Shown here: positions 50,001-58,656 of the stretch, piece after piece | How the letters are laid out: the number at the start of each line of letters is the position of its first letter | Position numbering within the stretch: the first letter of the stretch is position 1 | From: Lepidodermella squamata | Lineage: Eukaryota; Animalia; Gastrotricha | Length of the DNA stretch: 64,000 nucleotides | Assembly: GCA_047495785.1 (NCBI GenBank) | Contig: JBLDXI010000046.1 | Span: forward strand, 1,757,301-1,821,300 | Reading direction: 5' to 3' | The notes under the pieces: generated by a model | The model's database searches: none | Told to the model about the DNA's origin: nothing | What the model saw: the letters and a program-made list of their open reading frames with translations, nothing else | Made by a program: the position numbers and the translations under genes

Positions 50001-52358
50001 CGCATATTTACATAATTACTTTATAAGCCTTCAAAAATGATTTCCGCTCGAGCAATACAAATTAAAAATCTGGCTCATCTTTTTTAAGGAAATTTGGGTA
50101 CTAGAATTTGTAAAAGTTGAGTGATCTCAACATTAGGGTTAGGACATAGAGAACAGAGGAACAACAGGGGACACTCCAACTAAAATTTGATGCAAAAATT
50201 GTATCTCAAAACGGTGTCCCTCCGATTTTGACGCCCGTTTGCAAGCTGATAGAACTAGTTTTGAACTTTAAAAATCCGAGCGGACAGGTCCAGAAACGTA
50301 TTGGCCTTAAAGCAACTTAATGTTGTCTTTGCTACACTACTGATTTCCTATATAAATTTAATAATAAAAATTTTCAATAATTTTTTTCTCGATAATATAC
50401 AATATCTGGGAGCTTTGTAGCGGATAGCGGAAAATATTCGCCTGAAGGCCGCTATTGCGACCATCGGCTGCGCCTCAGGTCTCCATAGCTTGCCTTCAGG
50501 CGAATATTTGACCTATCCGCGTAAAAGCTTTCAGATATAGTTGTTATCCGGATCACTATCCCCGACTATCCTCCCGAAACACTATCCAACCTAAAATTAT
50601 GCATCAAAGTTGCAAAAGCGAATGATTTTCAAACGCTAATCATTCCTCATTTTTTCTCTACGATTTGAAATTGATTTTTTCACGCCCGTCCGCATCAACA
50701 TGGATCGCATCAATTTCGGGCAAAACGGAAAGCCTATCTCTCGAATCGCGAATTCAGCCGTTCAATCTTAGGGCTGCTAATACGCAAGAAGATCAGTCAA
50801 CCAGCCAGTCACCCAGCGATGATGGCAGCGAAACGGTGTCGGCTGGGGACTTGTTTGCTGTAACATCCTCTCTTGGCGCCACACCGATTCTCGAGTTGAT
50901 GTGAGCCCGCCCCAGAGCAAGATCGAGCGCAAGTTGCTGCTGGCTCAAGTCTCTAAGCAATCGGCGATGATTCTTGGCTCCGGTGGATTTTCTGCTGAAT
51001 CAAACCTGATCCAACAACCAAAATGACTTGGCCCACTTGTTCCCTTGTCTTTGCTGCATATCCTTTAACCTTAATTTTTTCGCAATTACGGAAGAATAAA
51101 ATTTAGGGGTCGCGAGGGTTTCGGCACCTCAGTATTTCGTGATATTTCCGTGCTCAAATAAATCGAAAATAGGGGTGAATTCTGCCAAAATTTCGAGCCA
51201 TGACCTGAGTTTAAATCAGCCCGGATAGCGTGATATCCTGGCTCAAACAGCCCGGGATAGCAAAGAATATTCCGGGCTGTTTTACGGCATATTTTCCACT
51301 ATGATCCGGATAACCATTATTAATTTTAATAAAAAATCAACTCAAAAATGATATTTTGCTTCAAACTTTTGTTCTGATTTTCCTCTCTTGTTCCTCTGTT
51401 CTCCATGGGTTAGGAAACCCGGATAATTTTCGCACGAATACCTCAACGTGTGCCTTATTTACAATTCCCTTTCGCGCAGCCCCCATCGTATCAGAAATTT
51501 CCAAAGACCATGCGTCCGCCATGTAGTAGAGCCCAAGAATTGTCGCTGTTTCAAACCAGTTCATAAATACCCGAAATAAAGAGCAAATAATTAGATACCC
51601 AACTGTTTATTCCGAGCGGCCTTGTCATGGTGACTCTTGCATAGCTGAATGGCTTCACTCACGTCCGTGTAGTGGTAGTACTCGAATGGATACGCAGTAA
51701 CGCAAGAAAACAACTGACGACTGGTAGCTCCCAGAGTTCCGCCGATGAAAACTTTCGCCTCATATAACTCAGATTTCGCTAAATCATAGTCATGTTCATA
51801 GAAGGGGCCAAATTTTTCAATTACGTAATCCGGCTCCTCGGCTATTGAGACGTCCACAGAGCTGCTGATCTTACTAGAACCCAACCCTTCTACCGACAAT
51901 CTTAGTGCGATAAAGTAGAATCTCGCCTGCCTTATTCTCCACAAGATCGGAATTTTCCTATTCCCCGCGTCTGATAGAATTAGCTTCTGGCTATTTGAAT
52001 CGAACAAAATTGAGAAAAACGTGTTTTTCTGCCGCTCAACTGCCAAAATCCCAACGTCAACACTCGTGGACTCGGTGAAGAAGAATAAGGAAACGATAAG
52101 TTTCTGTGTTTGGCCTTTGGGTAAGCTGTAAATAGCCAGAGTTTCATTTAGTCCGGTCATAACTGACGTTGACAAGTATTCAAATGGTCCGCTTATCGAT
52201 TTGTTGATACTTAGATCACTGGCTTGGCTGATGAGTTTAGCACGCCCAGTTACTTCTTTCGTTTTAGACTCCATGTCAAATGGCAGAAATAAGGTGGTCT
52301 CCAGGGCCAATGCTCCAGGGTGAAATGTCAGAAATACGAACAATAAAATAGTTCTCAT
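44065..52358 (-). CDS. Receptor tyrosine kinase (Met/Axl-like kinase domain) with an unusual ectodomain; exon joining of the ectodomain is tentative
   Basis: Kinase motifs GHGTFG, VAVKT, HRDLACRNILV, DFGLSR, PLRWYPPES, KSDVWSFG, and terminal exon CWKCPETERPSF (stop 44065). TM segment at ~45500-45575. Upstream same-strand exons carry a signal peptide (52358) and two similar LamG-like blocks. Confidence 0.75.
49713..49911. mobile_element. Tc1/mariner (pogo/Tigger-like) MITE, 199 bp, in an RTK intron
   Basis: Perfect 23-bp TIR CAGTGAAACCCCGATTTGGCGTC / GACGCCAAATCGGGGTTTCACTG, flanked by TA on both sides. Confidence 0.9.
50390..51315. mobile_element. Putative non-autonomous DNA element with a long palindrome and inverted repeats
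   Basis: ~150-bp imperfect palindrome at 50390-50548 (GCGGATAG..AAATATTCGCCTGAAGGC ... GCCTTCAGGCGAATATTT..CTATCCGC), plus a 13-bp inverted repeat GTTATCCGGATCA (~50543) / TGATCCGGATAAC (~51303). Confidence 0.55.
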
Positions 52359-52580
52359 TACGTGAATCGCTCAAAATCGGATACTGAAATAACATGAATA
52401 ATAACCAATGTTAATTACCAACATGTTACGTGCCTTCAGCTTCATTTGCGAGATTTTATCAGCTCTGACCAAGTGATGTGCAATAAGACCATATGTCAGG
52501 TAGCGATATTTTTTGGTGTGCCAACTGCACCTCTTAAAAATAAGGTTCCAGCACTAAATTTGAAAGTCACTCGCACTAAT

Positions 52581-52731
52581 GGGGTTAGGGTTAGGGTTAG
52601 GGTTATTGGTAATAGTTTAATGGGGTTAGGGTTAGGGTTAGGGTTTGGGGTTAGGGTTGGGGTTAGGGTTAGGGTTAGGGTTAGGGTTAGGGTTAGGGTT
52701 AGGGTTAGGGTTAGGGTTAGGGTTAGGGTTA
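52581..52731 (+). repeat. Telomeric (TTAGGG)n tract, proximal anchor of the retroelement array
   Basis: Two TTAGGG runs with TTGGGG/TTTGGGG variants, separated by a short spacer (~52605-52621). Confidence 0.95.
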
Positions 52732-53702
52732 ATTAGTAAGCTGCGGTCCGCCTGTATTTTGTTTTGCGCAAGGTGATAAGTAAAAGCCTGCCAGCCCTTC
52801 GTAACGTTGGTGAGCAAGTCAGGGCTGCGCATGGCGCGTTTCATTTCGTTGCAGGCGCATTGAAATTGTTCGTAGATCGCCGGCCAGTAGATGTTGCTCG
52901 ACTTGCGCAGGACTCGTAGCACGCTGTTGCTGCTCGCGACAGTGTTGAAGACCCGCGACGTTTGGGCCGCTCTGTCCGACGGATGGCAGTAGTTTGCTGC
53001 TTGGCGTGCATCGGTGAACGCACTTTCGAGAGCTTGCTCGTGTCCTGTCATGGATTTATGACGTATCTCGGAAACAACATTGTAAAAAAGCAAATCAACG
53101 ATGCCCTGAGTGCTAGCTTCGAACCGATGCTCGCGCGGGAAGAACTTCTCGAGCACTGGCCGGAGTGCCTTCTCGTGAGCGGTGGTGGGTCTCTCGTTTT
53201 GAGGTTTGGCGTAGTCTTCACTGAAGTTGGCTGTGGCGAGCTTGGCTAAAATGAAGAAATGATGAATAAAATTGTTGAGTTTCTCGCGGAAGCGATCGAG
53301 GAGATCTTGTCGATGTTCCCTCGCTCGACGTTGCCCTTCTGCTGCTGCCTTAGAAGGTAGCTGCCCGTTGTCCGTTGAGTCTTGCGGTCGCTTCGTACCA
53401 TCCGCGTGCCGACGGTCTGACTGAGCGTTCGAACCAGACCCGTGCGAGCGACTGGAGCGGCCGTGCGTAGCACCCTCGTGCGAACGGTAAGATCGAGTGT
53501 TCGAACTGGACGCTGCTGCGGAGACTGTCTGTTTCGAGCGGCTTTGATGACGATCGCGCCGTTCTTGTTGATAGGGCGGATTGTGACGACTCGAGTTGTA
53601 ATAGACGTAGCGGAAGCGGCCAAAGATGGCCCGTCCCGGGCGGTCGTTGTTAATTTCTGTAAACCCGTTGTTATTAGAAACAAAACGGTTACGGTTAGAC
53701 AT
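52638..53702 (-). CDS. ORF1 truncated at the telomere junction, reading into telomeric repeats as poly(Asn-Pro), 354 aa
   Basis: Identical to the ORF1 N-terminus up to ...DRSLLINPN, then (NP)n from CCCTAA repeats. Confidence 0.7.
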   Translation of the reverse strand: MSNRNRFVSNNNGFTEINNDRPGRAIFGRFRYVYYNSSRHNPPYQQERRDRHQSRSKQTVSAAASSSNTRSYRSHEGATHGRSSRSHGSGSNAQSDRRHADGTKRPQDSTDNGQLPSKAAAEGQRRAREHRQDLLDRFREKLNNFIHHFFILAKLATANFSEDYAKPQNERPTTAHEKALRPVLEKFFPREHRFEASTQGIVDLLFYNVVSEIRHKSMTGHEQALESAFTDARQAANYCHPSDRAAQTSRVFNTVASSNSVLRVLRKSSNIYWPAIYEQFQCACNEMKRAMRSPDLLTNVTKGWQAFTYHLAQNKIQADRSLLINPNPNPNPNPNPNPNPNPNPNPNPNPNPKP

Positions 53703-53711
53703 AATGAGATT

Positions 53712-53750
53712 TATTGGTAGACCGGTTTCACTATTTCTTCAGTACCAATA
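53712..53750 (-). ncRNA. Minimal type I hammerhead ribozyme, copy 1
   Basis: Minus strand TATTGGTA-CTGAAGA-AATAGT-GAAA-CCGG-TC^TACCAATA: 8-bp helix I, intact core CUGANGA/GAAA/GUC, vestigial helix II, palindromic ACCGGU helix III. Confidence 0.9.
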
Positions 53751-54479
53751 TCATACTTCTGATAGAATTATAACGAGTGACATTATTGTGACAGCGCTAT
53801 GATAACACCGTACCAGGTGCGTGTGCCTCGGACTATGTTAGGCGCAGCGGATTAGGATTACAAGGTGTTGTTTCGCGCACACGTGTTACTAAGTTCAAGT
53901 TAACTACGGCAGGTGTGCGTCTAGGTGTGCGCACTATATCGGATTAGCGCACAGATGTTGTGGCCACTACTTGTTGATCGGTGATTCTAGCCAAATGGGT
54001 AACAAGGTGTGCTACTAGGCTGGCGAGGCCTTGATGACGAGCTAACGTGACATCTGTGCTGTTGAGAGACGACAATTACAATGATGAAGATGACCAATAG
54101 AAGATTGACAGCTGACGCAAGGCGTTATTGCCGGCGACATCAAGGTATTGAAAGCAATAAAAGTCATAAAACAGGATATGCCGATTCTAAGGTCGTTATC
54201 GACTTTGGATCTCGCTGCGGGTTACTGGTTGATACCAGGATGGCTTGGCCGCCGTGGTCGTGCGCGACTATGACTCGCTGACGTCCAGAACATTAGACCT
54301 CGCTGCGGGTTACTGGCCGATACCGCGTTGAACAGGCTATAAAACATGAATGGAGAAACATATAATACTGCGTAATGGTGGTAATTAATCTAATGAATTA
54401 ATTAAGAATAATTAATAAACGGTCGGTAGCTTTGTTGCTACTCTTGACATCGTCGCTGGCTACTGGTCGATTGGTTCGG

Positions 54480-56306
54480 CTAGCAGTCTTTCGTTCGGCA
54501 GAGTTGCTTGACAACGCTTGGACCGAGTCGGGTGACGAGACGAATGCGTCGCCGGCGTGCGATGTCGTACAGTGGCTGTAGTGGCCGAACGAACTTCGTT
54601 TCGACCGGTGGTCGCCAGTCTTGTTGGTAGCGAAAGTTGTCGACACGATTGCGTAGGAACGGCCAGTCTTGACCTTCGCAACTTGTGATGACGTCGTGGG
54701 CGAGCGCAAAAACATCTGCGTCGACGTAGCCGTACTTGGACGCGGAACTGGCGAGGCTAAAAATGGCAGAACACAAGTCTTCTGTATTATTGCAAATTCT
54801 TAAAAAGTTTAAAATGCGCCCTGTGACTGCGGCCCGGAGAGTCGATTCTGGGTGATTGGAGTCAGCGTGTAAGAGAGGCAACGAGTTCATGGGCTTGAAG
54901 TAAACGCCGGTTCTGATGGAGCCATCGGGGTACTTGCTCAGGCGGACGTCGAGAACATTCGCACGCTCGGAGCTGATCTCGACTTCGAGCTTTATACGTG
55001 GATGTAGTGCGCCGTATTCGTTGCCTAGCGTGACTGCGGCCTCTTGAGTGGTGCAGATTGCGAAGACGTCGTCTCGATACCGTTTGAACAACATCACGTC
55101 GGTTTGGCGTTCGACCAGATCGCGCTCGAGCACATAGAGGAACGCGTCCGCTACGACTGGGGCACTGTTGGAGCCCATCGGAATTCCGTGCACCTGACGA
55201 TACTGAATGCCTGAAAAATAGAAAATGTTTGAATTAAGTGTTATTTCGAGCATTGCGACGACGAGGTCGCGTTCGGGTGCGGTTCCGATTGCGTTCTCGT
55301 CCAACATGGTCTTGATCGCTGCGATTCCTTCTCCAATCGGTACGTTGGTGTACAAGTCGCTCACGTCTGCGGTAAAGAACGTGACGTCGCACCCGCTTGA
55401 GTCGATTGCGCGAACAGCGTGTAGTAGGTCGATGGTAGACGAGGCACAGGTAGTCATGAACCGGTTAAGCGGTTTGCAGTAAGCTGCGGCGACCTTGTCT
55501 GCGGCGGCGAGCGCTGTGCCCAAACAGTCGACAATCGGCCGAATTTTCGGTAGACCATCTACGTCAAATGCCTTGTGCATTTTTGGTAAAAAATAAATAT
55601 GACGATCGCGGGTTGGCTCGAGATCGAGCCCGCGTAACAGCTTGCGTTGTGCGGCTGTACCGGTTGCCATAACGCGGTCGACGAGAGTCTTCATTGCTTC
55701 GAGGCCTCGCTTCTCTTCTGATTCTTCGGCGTGCACATAGTTCGCTGTAGTGAGATGTTTGAGCGCCATTTTCGAGTAGTTCGCCTTTGACATGTAGACC
55801 ATCGCTGCACCTTTGTCAGATTTCTTGAATACGCCGTCTTTGCGGAGGGCGCGTAATCGTCGTAGCTGTGGGTCGTCGACGATGGGACCGAGCCGTACTG
55901 TGCGAGCTGGCTGTGCGTGGCGGATAACGACTTGTCCGTGGATCCCGATAATCGGACCAACGAAGCGCTTTGAGAACGCTACAGAGGGAACCTTGACGTC
56001 GAGGCCGTGGTCGGGACGAGGGACGACGGTTGCGCCAAGGAGATCTGAAATGACATTAACACAGGCAATTTTATCTTTTTTCGTGAAATTAATGATTTTA
56101 AGGCCACGCTCGAGTGCCTGTTTCTCGGCTGGCTGGAGAGTTCCCGTCAGGTCAACGACGGACGGTAGAGAACAGCGATGCAGCGTCCCGTACGCTCCGT
56201 TTTGGACTAGGGATGGGATGGCCCTGAGCCCGAGCGATCCCGCGAAACCGCGACGCGATGTCTGCGTGTCTGTCTCCTTTTTCGTGCTTCTCGCGGATGT
56301 GTGTGA
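54480..56306 (-). CDS. Penelope-type reverse transcriptase, copy 1 (stop-to-stop frame; first ATG at 55802)
   Basis: VVDLTGTLQPAEKQALERGL (PLE N-terminal motif), KKSDKG, YFLPKMHK, RPIV, ADVSDLYTNVP, QVHGIPMGSNSAP, YRDD, thumb YFKP...SNHP. Confidence 0.95.
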   Translation of the reverse strand, partial: SHTSARSTKKETDTQTSRRGFAGSLGLRAIPSLVQNGAYGTLHRCSLPSVVDLTGTLQPAEKQALERGLKIINFTKKDKIACVNVISDLLGATVVPRPDHGLDVKVPSVAFSKRFVGPIIGIHGQVVIRHAQPARTVRLGPIVDDPQLRRLRALRKDGVFKKSDKGAAMVYMSKANYSKMALKHLTTANYVHAEESEEKRGLEAMKTLVDRVMATGTAAQRKLLRGLDLEPTRDRHIYFLPKMHKAFDVDGLPKIRPIVDCLGTALAAADKVAAAYCKPLNRFMTTCASSTIDLLHAVRAIDSSGCDVTFFTADVSDLYTNVPIGEGIAAIKTMLDENAIGTAPERDLVVAMLEITLNSNIFYFSGIQYRQVHGIPMGSNSAPVVADAFLYVLERDLVERQTDVMLFKRYRDDVFAICTTQEAAVTLGNEYGALHPRIKLEVEISSERANVLDVRLSKYPDGSIRTGVYFKPMNSLPLLHADSNHPESTLRAAVTGRILNFLRICNNTEDLCSAIFSLASSASKYGYVDADVFALAHDVITSCEGQDWPFLRNRVDNFRYQQDWRPPVETKFVRPLQPLYDIARRRRIRLVTRLGPSVVKQLCRTKDC

Positions 56307-58647
56307 TCAGACCATTGATTGAGCAGCTCTTGCCGACGTGGCCGCATCGTTTGCCGCTCGGTAGCTTGAAAGCGCACGACCACTTGCCGTTGTGAAACTC
56401 GACGAGTATCGACGGATCGCGTATCTTTTCTTTCTTCCACCATTCGCGGGTGAACTCTGCTTTGCTCAAGTTCTTCTGTATGGCGTAGTCTTGCTTTGAT
56501 AGCGTGGTCGTCGTATCACCCTGCTCTTGACGGACCGACTGAGCGTTCGAACCGTGCATCGGTGGGTTGTGCGCAGGCGGTCGCGATGCCGGTGCCAGGC
56601 GTTTGAGACACGTTCCGGGTTGCCCGTACATTTGTTGCGCCGAGATCGCTTTGACGACGGCGGGCTTCTTGGACGGCGCCGGAAGTTCTGTTGGTGACTT
56701 GTCTTTCGGGCTGGTGGCACGAGCTCGCTTGGTGGGCACCGAGGCGTTTGGCGCACCTGGTCGAGGAGCGTTCTGCGAGACCGCGTTGATCGCTTCACCG
56801 AAGAACGAGGCGACCGAGCTGACATCTGAAATAGAATTGCAATTATTAAAACGAGATTCGACATTGGCTGCAGCTGCTGCTAGCGCGGTGTCGCTGGCAC
56901 TGTCGATCGGTGAAGCGTCCTTGCTCGGAGTCTGAGGCAGAGGCGCGGACGTGGGCGTTAACTGGGCTGCTGTCGATTTGTCGGCAGTGACCGTTTGTGG
57001 AGTAGCCGGGCGGGCTACATTGATAGTCGTTGAGTGGTCGGCGGTCGCCGCTGAATCGCGGCTGCCACCGTTCTTGGTAACCAAGTTGCTAGCTTCAGAA
57101 GTTGACCGAGCGGTAGTCGACGCTGAACCGCGACTGTCAACGCTCTTTGAGACCAAGTTGCTAGCTTCAGAAGTTGACCGAGCGGTAGTCGACGCTGAAC
57201 CGCGACTGTCATCGCTCTTTGAGACCGAGTTGCTAGCTTCAGAAGTTGACCGAGCGGTAGTCGACGCTGAACCGCGACTGTCATCGCTCTTTGAGACCAA
57301 GTTGCTAGCTTCAGAAGTTGACCGTGCGGGAATCGAGGCCAAATCGCGACCGAGACCTCTCTTCGGTACCAGTGCGTTGATCTGAGCGGTTGAACGTGCG
57401 GAAATCCAGGTCGAATCGCGTTCTTCTGTGGTGAGCAAGCCCCAATCACCCGGGCTCGGATGGCCAGTCTGAGCGGTTGAACCGGGAGCCGCCTTGGGTG
57501 TCGGTGGTAACGCTTGACGAGCTGTTTCTGATTGACCTGTCGGCGTAACCGGATTGACGGCCGGGTCGCTTACGACCATCGGCGACGAAGACTGAATGGT
57601 GTCGTGCGCTTCAACTGTTATGTTGACAGGTGCTTCCCTTGGGGAGGCATGGACCTGAGAAAGAGAGTTAGGGTTAATTAGTAAGCTGCGGTCCGCCTGT
57701 ATTTTGTTTTGCGCAAGGTGATAAGTAAAAGCCTGCCAGCCCTTCGTAACGTTGGTGAGCAAGTCAGGGCTGCGCATGGCGCGTTTCATTTCGTTGCAGG
57801 CGCATTGAAATTGTTCGTAGATCGCCGGCCAGTAGATGTTGCTCGACTTGCGCAGGACTCGTAGCACGCTGTTGCTGCTCGCGACAGTGTTGAAGACCCG
57901 CGACGTTTGGGCCGCTCTGTCCGACGGATGGCAGTAGTTTGCTGCTTGGCGTGCATCGGTGAACGCACTTTCGAGAGCTTGCTCGTGTCCTGTCATGGAT
58001 TTATGACGTATCTCGGAAACAACATTGTAAAAAAGCAAATCAACGATGCCCTGAGTGCTAGCTTCGAACCGATGCTCGCGCGGGAAGAACTTCTCGAGCA
58101 CTGGCCGGAGTGCCTTCTCGTGAGCGGTGGTGGGTCTCTCGTTTTGAGGTTTGGCGTAGTCTTCACTGAAGTTGGCTGTGGCGAGCTTGGCTAAAATGAA
58201 GAAATGATGAATAAAATTGTTGAGTTTCTCGCGGAAGCGATCGAGGAGATCTTGTCGATGTTCCCTCGCTCGACGTTGCCCTTCTGCTGCTGCCTTAGAA
58301 GGTAGCTGCCCGTTGTCCGTTGAGTCTTGCGGTCGCTTCGTACCATCCGCGTGCCGACGGTCTGACTGAGCGTTCGAACCAGACCCGTGCGAGCGACTGG
58401 AGCGGCCGTGCGTAGCACCCTCGTGCGAACGGTAAGATCGAGTGTTCGAACTGGACGCTGCTGCGGAGACTGTCTGTTTCGAGCGGCTTTGATGACGATC
58501 GCGCCGTTCTTGTTGATAGGGCGGATTGTGACGACTCGAGTTGTAATAGACGTAGCGGAAGCGGCCAAAGATGGCCCGTCCCGGGCGGTCGTTGTTAATT
58601 TCTGTAAACCCGTTGTTATTAGAAACAAAACGGTTACGGTTAGACAT
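56152..58647 (-). CDS. Full-length ORF1 of the Penelope-like element, 831 aa (basic N-terminus, conserved helical domain, S/T/A-rich linker, C-terminal C2H2/BED-like zinc finger)
   Basis: Intact ORF directly upstream of and overlapping the RT frame; WSCAFKLPSGKRCGHVGKSCSINGLITHIREKH; homologue at 42527-43255. Confidence 0.85.
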   Translation of the reverse strand: MSNRNRFVSNNNGFTEINNDRPGRAIFGRFRYVYYNSSRHNPPYQQERRDRHQSRSKQTVSAAASSSNTRSYRSHEGATHGRSSRSHGSGSNAQSDRRHADGTKRPQDSTDNGQLPSKAAAEGQRRAREHRQDLLDRFREKLNNFIHHFFILAKLATANFSEDYAKPQNERPTTAHEKALRPVLEKFFPREHRFEASTQGIVDLLFYNVVSEIRHKSMTGHEQALESAFTDARQAANYCHPSDRAAQTSRVFNTVASSNSVLRVLRKSSNIYWPAIYEQFQCACNEMKRAMRSPDLLTNVTKGWQAFTYHLAQNKIQADRSLLINPNSLSQVHASPREAPVNITVEAHDTIQSSSPMVVSDPAVNPVTPTGQSETARQALPPTPKAAPGSTAQTGHPSPGDWGLLTTEERDSTWISARSTAQINALVPKRGLGRDLASIPARSTSEASNLVSKSDDSRGSASTTARSTSEASNSVSKSDDSRGSASTTARSTSEASNLVSKSVDSRGSASTTARSTSEASNLVTKNGGSRDSAATADHSTTINVARPATPQTVTADKSTAAQLTPTSAPLPQTPSKDASPIDSASDTALAAAAANVESRFNNCNSISDVSSVASFFGEAINAVSQNAPRPGAPNASVPTKRARATSPKDKSPTELPAPSKKPAVVKAISAQQMYGQPGTCLKRLAPASRPPAHNPPMHGSNAQSVRQEQGDTTTTLSKQDYAIQKNLSKAEFTREWWKKEKIRDPSILVEFHNGKWSCAFKLPSGKRCGHVGKSCSINGLITHIREKHEKGDRHADIASRFRGIARAQGHPIPSPKRSVRDAASLFSTVRR
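57080..57325 (-). repeat. 72-bp (24-aa) in-frame tandem repeat in ORF1, ~3.4 copies; same repeat at 62025-62270
   Basis: ARSTSEASNLVSKSDDSRGSASTT repeated; CAAGTTGCTAGC at 57082 and 57154 gives the 72-bp spacing. Confidence 0.92.
57667..57676 (-). other. Internal telomere-complementary site (RNA 5'-UAACCCUAAC-3') within ORF1; putative primer-annealing site
   Basis: GTTAGGGTTA at 57667-57676 corresponds exactly (offset 4945) to the telomere/element junction at 52722-52731. Confidence 0.85.
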
Positions 58648-58656
58648 AATGAGATT

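Noticed and set aside
53703-54479. A GIY-YIG endonuclease downstream of the RT
   Set aside because: The RT frame stops right after the thumb region, and I found no GIY/YIG motif or suitable ORF in the spacer.
54480-55802. Telomerase reverse transcriptase (TERT)
   Set aside because: Too short, intronless, no TEN or T motif, repeated in tandem with ORF1 and a hammerhead; the motifs are PLE-type.
57080-57325. CRISPR-like repeat array
   Set aside because: Contiguous in-frame 72-bp coding repeats without unique spacers, in a eukaryotic context with no cas genes.
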